Shown here piece by piece: positions 48,961 to 61,418 of a DNA stretch of 64,000 nucleotides (the first letter of the stretch is position 1; every line of letters starts with the position of its first letter). The notes under the pieces were generated by a model that worked only from the letters and a program-made list of their open reading frames with translations, made no database searches and was not told the origin of the DNA. A program made the translations under genes and the position numbers. Source of the DNA: Chiloscyllium plagiosum (Eukaryota); assembly GCF_004010195.1 (NCBI RefSeq), contig NC_057751.1, forward strand, positions 973,968-1,037,967. The letters are read 5' to 3'.

Positions 48961-49283
48961 GCATGACTATTCTGCCATGCCCTCCTAACCTCAGTTGCCC
49001 CTGTCATTACAAGTGATTAGTTTGCCAACATGCAATAACTGGTTTTCGCTTCCAGGATACACTAACCCAGTGGCCTGAAAGTGCTTGATTATTACTGAGG
49101 TGGTGGAAGAGGGTCAGTGCGATGGTGAAATACATCTGCTCATGGACAAAGTTTTTAAATGTTCTTCCAGCAGCAGTTTAAAAGGCATCTGAGACTACTA
49201 AATCAGTGGCACATCATCTTCCCTCAAACCCACTGAGGAGTCATGAAATCACTATGAGAGATGTTAAACAAACAGGAACAGTC

Positions 49284-49515
49284 TGAAATAACTCCAGACA
49301 AACCAGTATTCTATCAACAAGTCCCCCTTTATTTACATGTGGAGAGTCTTTGTCACTGATCCAGCTCCCTCAGAGCCAGCCCCCAGAGTGAACAGGATGT
49401 CTGACACCCCTGGTTCTGTCAGCCAGGGCTCTCTGATTGAACCAGACTAACAGCCCCAAACAGGGAGCTCAGATTCTATGAGGTCCGTTTGACTGACCTC
49501 ATTCCAGTCTCTACA
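49284..49515 (-). mobile_element. Solo LTR related to the 30315 Gypsy LTR
   Basis: Minus strand TGTAGAGACTGGAATGAGGTCAG..AGCCCTGGCTGACA..ATGTAAATAAAG..GAGTTATTTCA; flanks CAGTC/CAGCC. Confidence 0.82.
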
Positions 49516-50401
49516 CAGCCTCTCTCGCAGCAGATCATAAAGTGCATGAGAAGAGATGAGGAATTATGCAATGGGCTTCAGAAAGAACCATAAATCACCC
49601 ATTGCCCCTTGGTGCCACAAGATTTCCTGAAAGCTGCCTGATGATTAGGAGATATCAGGATAGTCAATACTGCTCACTTGAGGACAAATAATAAGGTTAA
49701 TTATTGTGCTATCTTCAGTGAATAAATCATCGAAACTCAGATTTCGACTGCATGTAGACCCCAAAAACTGTGGCTGAAGCATTGAGGAAGATAAGTGATG
49801 GAAAGCTCAGGAGGAAGCCTGTCCATCTGTTCCCTCTGTGTTGTTCAGTTTTTCCTCCTTTAGTGCTGATGGGTTGTAAGGGGAGGTGGGTTGGTGGTGG
49901 GAGCTGGGGAAGGGAGAGTATAGAATCAAAATATTCAATCTTCAAAATGTTTACTGATGTTACAGGTGGAAATTGCAGAAGTGCTTTTGTAATCTTGCCA
50001 TCCTCCTTCAGTACGTTGTTATAGGGCTGGTGAGTTTCAAATATTATAGCGTTAAAAAGAGAGAAGGGTAACTCAGCAACTGCAGACTGTCAGTGCACCT
50101 TCAGCAGTGGGGAAACTTATAGAAATGATGAGCAGGAAGACTAGCAGTCATTTGACCAAACAAACAAAAACACATGCTGGAAAATCTCGCCAGGTCTGGC
50201 AGCATCTATGAAAAGAGAAACAGAGTTAATGTTTTGGTGGTGTCGGTATTTGGAAGCACTCAATGTTAACTGGCATAATTTAAATTAATTGGTTAAACTT
50301 GGATTGTTGTCAACCTGCAACAAAAACGCAGGTATCCACTTAACAGCTAATTGTGATATCTATGCATTTTGGAACAGCCTGTCTTTTAGCTGTTCTGTTT
50401 T

Positions 50402-50714
50402 GGGGCGGCACGTTGGCACAGTGGTTAGCACTGCTGCCTCACAGCGCCAGAGACCCGGGTTCAATTCCCACCTCAGGCAACTGACTGTGTGTAGTTTGCA
50501 CATTCTCCCCGTGTCTGCGTGGGTTTCCTCCGGGTGCTCCGGTTTCCCCCCACAATCCAAAGATGTGCAGGTTAGGTGAATTGACCATGCTAAATTACCC
50601 GTAGTATTAGGTGAAGGGGTAAATGTAGGGGGGTGGGTTGCGCTGCAGTGGGTCAGTGTGGACGTTTTGGGCCGAAGGGCCTGTTTCCACACGTAAGTAA
50701 TCTAATCTAATCTA
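50402..50714 (+). mobile_element. HE1-type SINE, young full-length copy
   Basis: Very similar to 1836-2143; (AATCT)n tail. Confidence 0.92.
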
Positions 50715-51754
50715 TTTAAATTTACTTTAAAATTCAGAAAACACTTTCTATCTTGAAGTGAACATACATTCTTTCAACTCTGTAAGATTTATTTCAGATC
50801 TCCAGATAGTTTAATTTCAGCCTTTTGAAGAAGGTTACATGAATTGAGGAAAGACAGCAGAGGTGTGTGAAAAGTGAATTGGGTTTAACTAATTTGATTA
50901 AGTCTTGCAATAAGGGAACACTGATCAGTTGATGAGAGTGGTTTGGCTGATCAGCTATATTTGGAATTTCAAAAGGCAAACATAAAAAATTGTCAATGGC
51001 GTTGTAGGCCTGTACAATCGAAATAATGAAAGTGGCTTGAATATGAGGTCTGCTGAATGACAGGAAACAGAGTTTTCAGGTGAGAGAAAAATGCAGAGTG
51101 TTGGCATAAGGATCACTGCTTTCCTTCAACTCATGGACCAGGAAGTTCCAGTTATCCAAAAACAGGTCAGTTTGGACAAAGGGAACTCTTGATTGGAAAG
51201 CCTTTTGGATCTTGCAGCAGTGGCCAACTGATCAGCTGCCAATGAGCTTTCTGCTGTCATCAGGAGCTGGGTTAGGTCTGGAAGGCAGATCAGCCACGGG
51301 GAGCGGGAGTGCTGTCTGCATTCTGTCTCATTGAGTGGGACTGGGGGAGGGGAGGAGAAAGGCCTGTGGAAGGAAGGCATCCAATTTGCAATCCAAACTC
51401 AAGTGTTTACCCTCTTGCCCTTCAGCAGCCAGGCTGACTCTTCCTTCTTCCACATGCAGATCAAGTAATTGTAGTGTTAGTGGGGGGGGGGAGCGCGGGA
51501 AAGGGGGGTGGAGGAGGAGGAAGGGTTGGAGCTGAGAATGGCCCTTAAATAGCGATGAATGACCAGCTATCAACCCTGATTGGTTGAGTAGTGGGAAGGT
51601 GGAGCTTGGGACTTCTCACTTAGTAGCTCATTCAGACAAAGATGTAACTGGCCGGATTTTTCCTCCACCAGCATTCAGGCTACATCAGTGCCTTTAATAT
51701 CTCCAGCCCCAAAATTCAGTGCAGAGGGTCATTTATGTCTCAGGACGAGGCCAC

Positions 51755-52032
51755 TCATAGAATCCCTATAATGTGGGAGCAGGCCATTCAGCCCATCGAG
51801 TCTACACCGACCCTCTGAAGAGCATCCTATCCAGACCCACCCCTATAATACTGCGTTTCTCATGGCTAATGCATCTAACCTGCACATCTTTGGATTCTGG
51901 GAGGAAACCAGAGCACCCAGAGGAGACACAGGGAGAATGGACAAACTCCACATAGACAGTTGCCCGAGGCTGGAATCGAACCCAGGTCCCTGGCACTCGA
52001 AGGCAGCAGTGCTAACCACTGAGCCACCACGC
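51755..52032 (-). mobile_element. HE1-type SINE
   Basis: Minus-strand A/B boxes GTGGCTCAGTGG and GGTTCGATTCC. Confidence 0.88.
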
Positions 52033-53029
52033 TGTCATTCAATCTGTTGAGTCTATGCTGAAGCCCTGAGACTTCAATTCAGTCAGCCCCATTCTCTCGC
52101 TTAATTCCTGCACTCTCATGGGCAGTGAATTCCAGGTCATTAGCCCTTGCTACATAAAGAAAGTTCTTCCTCACATCACCCCAACATTGCTTTCCCAACA
52201 TCTTCAATAGAAACATAGTTAATTGGAACAGGACGAAGTAATTTAGCCCTTTGAGCCCAATCCACTATCCAACACCAACATGGCTGCAACCAACCAACTC
52301 AGTATCCTGTTCCTGCTTTCTCTCCAAAGGTGTGCCTCATGTCCTTGTACCAGGAATGAATGAGGGATTCAGTATTTGCTGAATTGCTCAGGCAGAGAGC
52401 CTGAATTGGCAAGATGGACCAAATGGCCTCCGTTAACTATTCAAAGATTGTGTGAACGATCAGGAAGATCAGGAGAGTTCTTCCTTGTAACATTGTCAAC
52501 ATTTAGCCTGAACGTCACTAAAATATTATCTGGTTGTTACCGCTTTGTAAGCTTATAGGAGCTTCCTGTACCCAAACTGGCGACAGAATATTCTGCCTTG
52601 CTCCATTGGTCACAAAGTTGACACCTCAGAACTTTCAAAGGTTTTGGAAGGTATGACAGAAATGTAAAGTTGACTTTTTTCTTTGGCGTTTACCGACCAT
52701 ATCATTTTCTGGCAACTAACTGATAGAAATTAATAATTTTCTTCAAATACAATCATGCGCCATCAGTAAGAGACGCCGATTTAACAATGACTTGTGCACC
52801 ACTTGGTGCCAGGAAACAAAGAATGAGCTCATGAAGAAACAAATAGTGCTGAATGAAAAGCATAGCTGTCACAGCCATGATCTCAAAGCTGCTCTGTGAA
52901 TGTTCAAGGGCTCCAGCCCAACTTGATAAATGTTATCTAAGCTCCTCAATAATATGAGAGAAAAGAAAAGCACACGATAGAGATAAGGTCCTTGCTATTC
53001 ATGGTGAATGATGAATTATTTACTCCAGT

Positions 53030-53470
53030 TTTATCTCGAGTGCTGAACTATGCCAGACAGATTGTATAAACTTGCCCTGAGTTTAAAAGATCAAATAGTG
53101 ATCTGATTGAGGATTATAAATGATAAAGAAATTTGGTGGGGTTGATGGGTCGAAACGGAGTCCATAACAAGGGAACGCAGTCTAAAAAGTGGAACTAGAT
53201 TGTTGACGAGGGAAATTAGGAAGTCACATAAATCTGGATCTATCACCTCAAAAAAGCTGGTGATGCTGGGAGTGGCTAGGAGCCGTTAGGAATTAGATCC
53301 ACAAGCTTTTTAATTGGGTAACGTTATCAAAGGATATGCAGAAATAGATAAAAGGGACTCAGTTACTAATCAACAATGGTCTAATGAAAAGGTGGAATTG
53401 GCTGGAGGAGCTGAATGGCCTCCTCCTGTTTCTCTGTAACAGACTCAAGGGGCTGAATAGCTACTGAATG
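53030..53470 (+). mobile_element. Old CR1 3' fragment
   Basis: GAGTTTAAAAGA..GTGATCTGATTGAGGATTATAAATGAT..GGCTGAATGGCC-type tail. Confidence 0.6.
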
Positions 53471-53964
53471 TTAGGATGTTGAGCTGGCGTATTTGAAGGT
53501 GAGGGAGCTGTGTGTAAAATAGAGTGGGTGGCTAGCCCACTCCCTTCCCAGTCTGTCCGTCGTTGTTGTAGGGAGGTGGTGGGAATGGGAGTGGGTTGGT
53601 GCTATGCAGCCCATCCACCCTGAGGACCACCATCGTTCTTAAGTGTCCGACTAAAGGCTCTTGACCTCTTCATTCCATTTCTGCAGCAGTAATATGCACA
53701 GCAGCAGGTGGAAAGTGGCCTGACTGGTACGTTTCCAAAAGGTAAAAGCAGGAACGAAGGAGATGATCTTCTTTATAGAATTCCTTGGACACACTAGAGA
53801 GCACCCTATCTCAAAGGTTGTAAGCCCTTTCACGCCTTCCCAACCCCAACTTTCCACCCCTGTCTCACAGGCTTCCCAGTCAATATTTCGGGACTTAGCT
53901 TTTAGTCTAAGACCACCTGTAGCTCCAGCGGTTGCCACTGTTGTGTGGCTTATAAATGTATTCT

Positions 53965-54145
53965 TTCATGGAATGTGGACTTCACTTTCAAGGCCACACT
54001 TGTTGCTCATGACCTGAACGTTTCGCGAAAGCACTTCAGAGGACGGTTCAGAGTCAACCACATTTCTCGGTTTCTGGAGTCACATGGAGGTCAGACCAGG
54101 GAAGAACTGCAGATTTCCTTCTCTCAGGGCCATTAGTGATACAAA
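53965..54145 (-). mobile_element. SINE second family, 3' part
   Basis: AGAGTCAACCACATT..CTGGAGTCACATGGAGGTCAGACCAGG..CAGATTTCCTTC. Confidence 0.7.
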
Positions 54146-56339
54146 ATACAGTCTCAAATATCACTTAGTGTGATTTCCTACGAGGCTCTGAGTTTACATC
54201 TTGTGGTTTTCACAACATCAAGACATCCTGAAAGGTCTTACTGCCATCCACCTAGTTTCACTGTATAACCATTGTACAATGTACTCAGTAACAGCCATCT
54301 TGTGCACAACAAATTCTAACACACAGCAATGGGATCAATCTGGTTTGAGGAGTGGGTATAATGGTCAGGATACTAGAGGAGCAGCCCCTCTCTTCAAACA
54401 ATGTCATTCAGGCAAGACAACAGCTTCATCTGAAGTGCAGCATGCTGACAACGCACTCCTCTGTCAGCACTGCTGAGAGTGCCTGTCTGAAAATTGGTTT
54501 CATCTTTGAGTTTCTGGAGTGGCATTTATGCCTGTTTGGGTGATTCAACAGATTGGCTTATGGAACAAGTTTACTCCTACTCACACTGAATTGCTTCAGT
54601 ACTACACTGGGAGGAAACAAGCTCCAATCTTCAACCCACAAGTTTCTGCCTCCAATGCAAGACTGTTCAGCATTGAGTTTCAGGCAGCAGTCACGATGCT
54701 GTAGGAGGTGAAGTCAAAGAAGCAGGCAGCCCCAGTTGCATGACTGGAACTTTGTTCACAATTAGTTGCACACTGAGTGCCAAGGCAGTTGAAGAAGAAT
54801 CTTCTTCTATAAAGGACATGTAAACAAAATAAATTCTCACAGACCTTCAAGTAGTCATGGTGAAACATTCTTAATCAAACAGGCCACCCTGACATGTTGC
54901 CTTTTCTGTTTGATGTGTGTGTTCAGTGACATTCTGTCCACATTTGATGATTGCCAGGGTGCACAGCAGCTAGTACAAACACAGGAGTGAAACACAAACA
55001 TCAACAACAAAATCTGAAGACTCATAACCAAAGAATCGATACACCTTCTGGAAATCTCTTAGAGTGAGTACTGAAGCTGTGAGCACCCTCAGACAAATCT
55101 CCTTCAAGGCCACCATATCAACACAGTCACCGGCAAGAAGCTCCTCAATTGCAAAGACCTTGCTCACTCGTCAATTTAGTAACAAAAATGCTTTTTTAGC
55201 AATTTATATTCTATTCAAGCTATTCAGAGAAGTTACACACATGCCTCTTGTCCAGGCAGGACTTAAGTGCAGGCCTCTAGGTCCGAGACAGGGGCATTAC
55301 CACCACACCATCAGAACCCCGAAAACAAGAAATGGACAGGAATAGCTATCACTGCAAGGCCTGGGGAACATAGATTTAAGGTTTGGGAAAGAGATGCACA
55401 GGGTGCAGGATATGAGTGAAATGTTTTTGTGCACTGAATGATAATGAGCTGTGAAAGTGGTGCAAGCGAAGACGATGAAAACTTTCTAAAAGCTGGGAAG
55501 TAAATTTGAAAACAGCTGAAATGAGACTGATGGGTTCTTGGAAAAAGAGGCAGCATGGACCTGATGAGTTGAATTGCCTCTTTCTCTGCCTTAATCTTTC
55601 TAAGGTTGGGAATATATTTGTTCACCATTCAAGGAAGAACTCTCAGTGCAGAAGGAGTTGAATGACTAATTCACTTTTAACCCAGAAAACCTATTCTGCT
55701 TTGTTGGTCCTGCCATCAAATGTTGGCACAGAAAATGGATCAGCTCACCACATTTGTTGTGATTATTACAAAAAGGTTTTTACACATCTTTGCATAAAAA
55801 TCAAAAAACAATTTACTTTTTGCGTGTATATCTCAGATATTGAATCTTGCGTAGTCTTAATTGCCACTATCACATTATTACCCATCTCATGTGGCTGCCT
55901 ACTCCAAGAGGACACATGGTGTGAGACAAGGTTCACATGCAGGCCCTGTTAACTAGGAGTTCCCTGGAGCACACTGAGGAAGCAGTTTGGTTTTTATGAC
56001 TGTCTGGCAGATTTAATGGTGTTTTTCATGATGCCAGTTCAAATGTAAATACAGTAATTCTATTCCACACACAAGAAATTCTCTCATGATGTCTCATTAG
56101 TTCATAGTCACCATCACTGCAGTGCCTTCAGTCCTGACATAAAACAGTGCTACAACTCATATTCACCAGACCATCTATTTGGCCATTGGCATTCCTTACT
56201 TTTTCTGAGCTCTGTACAGTGACCCATCCAGCTGTGGTCTTGCAGTATATTCAGACTACCTGAGAGGGCAACTGATGCCTTGGTATCACATTTCATCCAA
56301 GAATAGCACTTCCCTCCAGTATCCAATATAGACCATGAC

Positions 56340-56990
56340 CATACAACATGCATGGAACTTAGAACAGTACAGCACAGTACAGGCCCTTCAGCCTTCAATG
56401 TTGTGTCAGCCTTGTGTCCTACTCTAAGATAAGACTAACCTACATACCCTTCATTCTAATATCATCAATGTGCATATCCAAGTGATGCTTATGTGCCTAA
56501 TGTATCTGACTCTACTCCCACTCCTGTCGGTGCATTCCACTCTCTGTGCAGAGAACTTACCTCTGACATCTCCCCTAAACCTTCCTACAATCACCTTAAA
56601 ATTATGCCACCTCATCATAGACATTTCCACTCTGGGAAAAGGACTCTGGCTATCTAGTTTATCAATGCCTCTCAGCACAGAGTCATAGAGATGTACAGCA
56701 CGGAAACACACCCTTCGGTCCAACCCATCCATGGGTGTACACGACCAGATATCCCAATCCAATCTAGTCCCACCTGCCAGCACCCAGCCCATATCCCTCG
56801 AAACCCTCCCACTCATATATCCATCCAAATGCCTCTTAAATGTTGCAATTGTCCCAGCCTCCACCACTTCCTCTGGCAGCTCATTCCATACACATTTCAC
56901 AACATCTTTCTGATAGGAAGGAGACCAAAATTGCACACAATATTCCAATAGCTTCCATATTTTTCCTATCTCTACTACCTTCTGATGAAA
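56340..56990 (-). mobile_element. Nested CR1 3' ends (inner copy from ~56678)
   Basis: Two CR1 tails; LEYCVQFWSPSY, VWNELPEEVVEAG, RFRGDVRGKFSAQRV. Confidence 0.85.
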
Positions 56991-57188
56991 CAATGCATCC
57001 TCAGTACTTTCCATCTCACAATGCACTGTTTTCTGAGTGCTGACCCTCACACAGTGCAGCACTCCTTCGGTACTTCCTCTCTGATAGTGTAGCACTTCTG
57101 CAGTACTGACCTTCTGATAATGCAGCGCTCCCTCAGAACTGACCCACCAACAGTGCGGCACTCCCACAGTACTGGCTGTCTGACAGTA
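56990..57188 (+). repeat. Degenerate 33-bp minisatellite (continues at 60190-60410)
   Basis: CTGACCCTCACACAGTGCAGCACTCCTTCGGTA-type units. Confidence 0.8.
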
Positions 57189-58595
57189 CATAGAACATAC
57201 AACAATACAGCGCAGAACAGGCCCTTCGGCCCTTGATGTTTCACTGACCTGTGAACTAATCTAAGTCCATCCCCCTACACTATCCCATCATCATCCATGT
57301 GCTCATCCAGGATTGTTCAAATCTCCCTAATGTGGCTGAGTTAACTATATTGGCAGGCAGGGCATTCCACGGCCTTACCATTCTCTGCGTAAAGAACCTG
57401 CCTCTAACATCTGTCTTAAATCTATCACTCCTCAATTTGCCCCCTTGTACAAGCAGATGTCATCATGCTAGGAAAAAGACTCTCACTGTCCACCCTAGCT
57501 AATCCTCTGATCATCTTGTATGTCTCTATTAAATCCCCTTTTAACCTTCTTCTCTCCAATAAGAACAGACCCAAGTCTCTCAGCCTTTCTTCATCACAGC
57601 TCCAGAACTCTACCCCTCTACCAATGAAACCTACCACACCGTCTGCCTTCTTAACAGCTCTATCCACCTGGGTGGCAACTTTCAGGGATTTATGTACATG
57701 GACTTCAAGATCCCTCTGCACATCCACACTACCAAGAATCTTTCCATTGACCCAGTATTCTGCCTTCCTGTTATTCTTACCAAAGTAAATCATCTCACTT
57801 TACTGCAATGAACTCCATTTGCCACCTCTCAGCCCAATTCTGCAGTTTATCCAAGTCCCCCTGCAACCTGCAACATTCTTCCAAACTGTCCACTCCTCCA
57901 CTGACTTTAGTGTCACCTGCAAACTTATTAACTCATCCACCTATGCCTGCATCCAAGTCATTTATAAAAATGACAAACAGCAGTGGTCCCTAAACAGATC
58001 CTTGTGGCACACCACCAGTAACTGGACTCTAAGCTGAATATTTTCCATCAACCACCACCCGCTGCCTTCTTACAGAAAGCCAGTTGCTAATCCAACCTGC
58101 TAAACCACCCTCAATCCCATGCCTTCGCATTTTCTCCAACAGCCTACCATGTGGACCCTTATCAAAGACTTTACTGAAGTCCATGTATACCACGTCAACT
58201 GTCGTACCCTCATCCACATACTTGGTCACCTCAAAAAAAAAACTCAGTGAGGTTTGTGAGACACGACCTGCCCTTGGCGAAACCATATTGACTGTCTGAA
58301 ATCAAATTGTTGCTTGCTAGATCATTATAAGTCCTATCTCTTATAATCCTTTCCAAAACCTTTCCAACAACAGACATAAGTCTGAATGGTCTATAATTAC
58401 CTGGGTCATCTCTACTGACTTTCTTGAACAAGGGCACAACATTTGCAATCCTCCAGTCCTCTGTACCAAGCCTGCAGACAATGACGACTCAAAGATCAAG
58501 GCCAAAGGCTCTGGTATCTCCTCCCTAGCTTCCCAGAGAATCCTCAGATAAATCCCATCCTGCCCAGGGGACTTGTCTACTTTCACTACTTCTAG

Positions 58596-58860
58596 AATTT
58601 GATTTCAGATAGTCAATATGGTTTCGTCAAGGGCAGGTCGTGTCTCACAAACCTCATTGAGTTTTTTTGAGGTGACCAAGCATGTAGATGAGGGTTCGGC
58701 AGTTGACGTGGTATACATGGACTTCAGTAAAACCTTTGATAAGGGTCCACATGGTAGGCTGTTGGAGAAAATGCGGAGGCATGGGATTGAGGGTGATTTA
58801 GCAGGTTGGATTAGCAACTGGCTTTCTGTAAGAAGGCAGTGAGTGGTGGTTGATGGAAAA
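58596..58860 (+). repeat. Inverted duplication of 58041-58308 inside the CR1
   Basis: ORF 58618..58842(+) is nearly identical to ORF 58029..58286(-). Confidence 0.93.
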
Positions 58861-59856
58861 GTTATGAACACCTGTTCATAACTAACCTCGATCCTTTCTC
58901 ATCTAATAGCCCATATCTCAGTCTTCTCCTCTTCAATATTCACCTTTTCCTGAGTGAAACAGATGAAAATATTCATTTAGCATCTCTCTGACCTCCACAG
59001 GATCCACACACAACTTCCCACTTCTGTCTTTGATTGGCCCTATTTCTACCCTAGTCATCCTTTCATTCCTCACATATCTTTAAAATGTTTAGGGTTCTCT
59101 ATTCTATTTACTAAAGACTGCTCATGACCCCTCCTTGATCTTCTTAACTCTCTCTTTAAATCCTTCCTAGCTAATCTGTAACTCTCCATCGCCTCATCTG
59201 AACCATCTTGCCTCATCAACACATAAGCTTCCCTCTTCCGCTTAACAAGAGATACAATTTCTTTAATAAACCACGGTTCCCTTACCTTATCACTACCTGC
59301 CTGCCTGACAGGGACATACCGATCAAGAACACGCAATATATGTTCCTTACACCAGGTCCACATTTCAATTGTCCCCATCCCCTGCATTTTGCTACCCCAC
59401 TCTATGCATTCTAAGTCTTGCCTAATCACATTATAATTGCCCTTCCCCCATCTATAACTCTTGCACTGTGGTATGTACCTAAACCTTTCCATCACTAAAC
59501 TAAATATAACTGAATTATAGTCACTCTGTCCAAAGTGCTCAAATCAAACACTTGGCCTAGTTCATTACCAAGCACCAGATCCAATGTGGCCTCCCCTCTT
59601 GTTGGCCCTTCGACATACTGTGTCAGGAGACCCTCCTGTACACATTGGACAAACACTGATGCATCCAATGTACTAGAGTTTTCGCATTTCCATTCAATGT
59701 CCAGGATGTTAAAGTCCCCCAAAATGACCACCCTATTCCTTTCACTCTTACCCAGAATTGTTTTGCCAATCCTCTCCTCCACATCCCTGGAACTTTGCAG
59801 AGGCCTATAAAAAACTCACAGCAGTGTGACCTCTCCTCTCCTGTTTCTAACCTCAG

Positions 59857-60085
59857 TTGAAAAATGTGGTGCTGAAAAAACACAGCAGGCCAGGCAGCAT
59901 CCAAGGAGCAGGAGAATCGACGTTTCGGGCATAAGCCTTTCTTCAGGACCTGATTCCTGAAGAAAGGCTTATGCCCAAAACGTCGATTATCCTGCCCCTT
60001 GGATGCTGCCTGGTCTGCTGTGTTTTTCCAGCAACACATTTTTCAACTCTGGTACTCCAGCATCTGCAGTCCTCACTTTCTCCTC
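59857..60085. mobile_element. Fold-back Penelope-derived element with 17-bp TSD, inserted in the CR1 EN region
   Basis: Inverted arms centred at ~59950; CCTGTTTCTAACCTCAG (59840-59856) and CCTGTTTCAAACCTCAG (60086-60102). Confidence 0.9.
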
Positions 60086-60189
60086 CCTGTTTCAAACCTC
60101 AGCCCATACCACCTCAGTAGACGAATCCTCATCAAAAGTTCTTTCAGCCACTGTTATACTGTCCTTGACCAATTCTCCCTCCATAATGT

Positions 60190-60410
60190 GTCTCTGATAG
60201 TGCAGCATGCCCTCAGTACTGACCCTTCAATAGTGCAGTACTTCCTCAGCACTGGCCCTCTCACAATGCAGTATCCCTTCAGCACTGACATGAATGCTCT
60301 AACAGTGCAGCACTCCCTCAGTACTCACTTTCCGAGACTGTATTGTTCCCTCAGTCCTGACCCACTGGCAATGCGCCACTCCCTCTGTAATAACCGTCTG
60401 ACATTGCAGA
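60190..60410 (+). repeat. Degenerate 33-bp minisatellite
   Basis: CTGATAGTGCAGCATGCCCTCAGTACTGACCC-type units. Confidence 0.8.
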
Positions 60411-60674
60411 GCCCCCAATGTCATGACATCTTCCAATCAGAAGATCTATTTCTACCTATTCTCTGTTTCCTGTTAACTAGCTGATCATCTATGCATGCTA
60501 GTGTTACCTCTACACTCTAAGTTTTTGTTTTTGACAGCAGCATTTGATCTGATGCCTTATTAAGAGTCTTGCAGAATTCTAACTACAGTTCGTCCACCAG
60601 TTCTCACTTATCCACAGTGCATATTATTTATTTAAAGAACTACAATAGATTCGATAACCATGACTTCCTTTCAA

Positions 60675-60868
60675 TAAAACCATGTTAACTCTGGCTGACT
60701 ATCTTGAATGTTTCAAAGTTACCTATGTTAATGTCTTTAGTCATAGCTTTTAGCATTCTCTCCATGACAAATGTTAAACTGACTGGTCTGTGGTCTTCTG
60801 CGTTCAGCCTCCCTCTCTTTCTGACTAAAGGAGTTTGATTTGATATTTTGAAATCAAATGCAACCTCT
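60675..60868 (+). repeat. ~190-bp segment of an old CR1 fragment, duplicated at 62073-62266
   Basis: Colinear match including TTTCTGACTAAAGGA.TTTGATTTGATATTTTGAAATCAAATGCAACCTCT. Confidence 0.88.
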
Positions 60869-61062
60869 TGAATTCTGGGAAAGTTTGGATAATTAAAGCC
60901 AATGGATTAACTATCTCGCAACCTTTTCCTTTGAAGTTTTCAGCAAAATTCAGTTCGGGCCCGGGAGTTGGTTGCTTCCAATCCGAACAATTCGCTGCCA
61001 TGGTTGTGGAAGCATGCAATCACTTAGCTCTGAGAGGATAGAAGGAATGCAGAACTGTGGAG

Positions 61063-61418
61063 AGAGTCATAGAATCATAGAATCCCTGCAGTGTGGAAAC
61101 AGGCCATTCGGCCCAACAGGTACACACCGACCCTCCAAAGAGTAACCCACCCAGACCCATTCCCCTACTCCATTACTGTACACTTACCCCTAACTAATGC
61201 ACCTAACCTACACATCCCTAGACATCATGAGCAATTTAGCATGGCCAATTCACCTAACATACACATCTTTAGATTGTGGGAGAAACCTGGAGCATCTGGA
61301 GGAGACCCCCACAGACACAGGGAGAATGCGCAAACTCCACACAGACAGTCGCCCGAAGGTGGAATCGAATTCAGGTCCCTGATGCTGTGAGGCAACAGTG
61401 CTAACCACTGAGCCACCA
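61063..61418 (-). mobile_element. HE1-type SINE
   Basis: Minus-strand head TGGTGGCTCAGTGGTTAGCACTG; internal ~45-bp repeat of ACCTAAC.TACACATC. Confidence 0.9.

Larger units (their letters stand above)
57189..60175 (-). mobile_element. CR1 LINE, ~3 kb ORF2 relic (APE endonuclease and RT), disrupted
   Basis: VVILGDFN..PTRGEATLDLVLGN (EN); KSPGQDGI; PLFKK..PGNYRP; VDVVYMDFSKVFDK; tail at 57189. Confidence 0.95.

Noticed and set aside
50402..50480. tRNA gene (A and B boxes)
   Set aside because: It is the tRNA-derived head of an HE1 SINE, followed by the SINE body and tail; the same applies to the other copies.
51300..51720. G-rich stretch with ATTGG and TTAAAT suggesting a promoter
   Set aside because: Not a CpG island, no downstream exon seen, and it may be a decayed repeat; unsupported.
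57189..60175. Active CR1 reverse transcriptase gene
   Set aside because: Frameshifts, stops, deletions and two insertions make it non-functional.
9661..60410. All minisatellite arrays lie in the same orientation
   Set aside because: Only four independent arrays; a chance probability of 1 in 8 is not informative.
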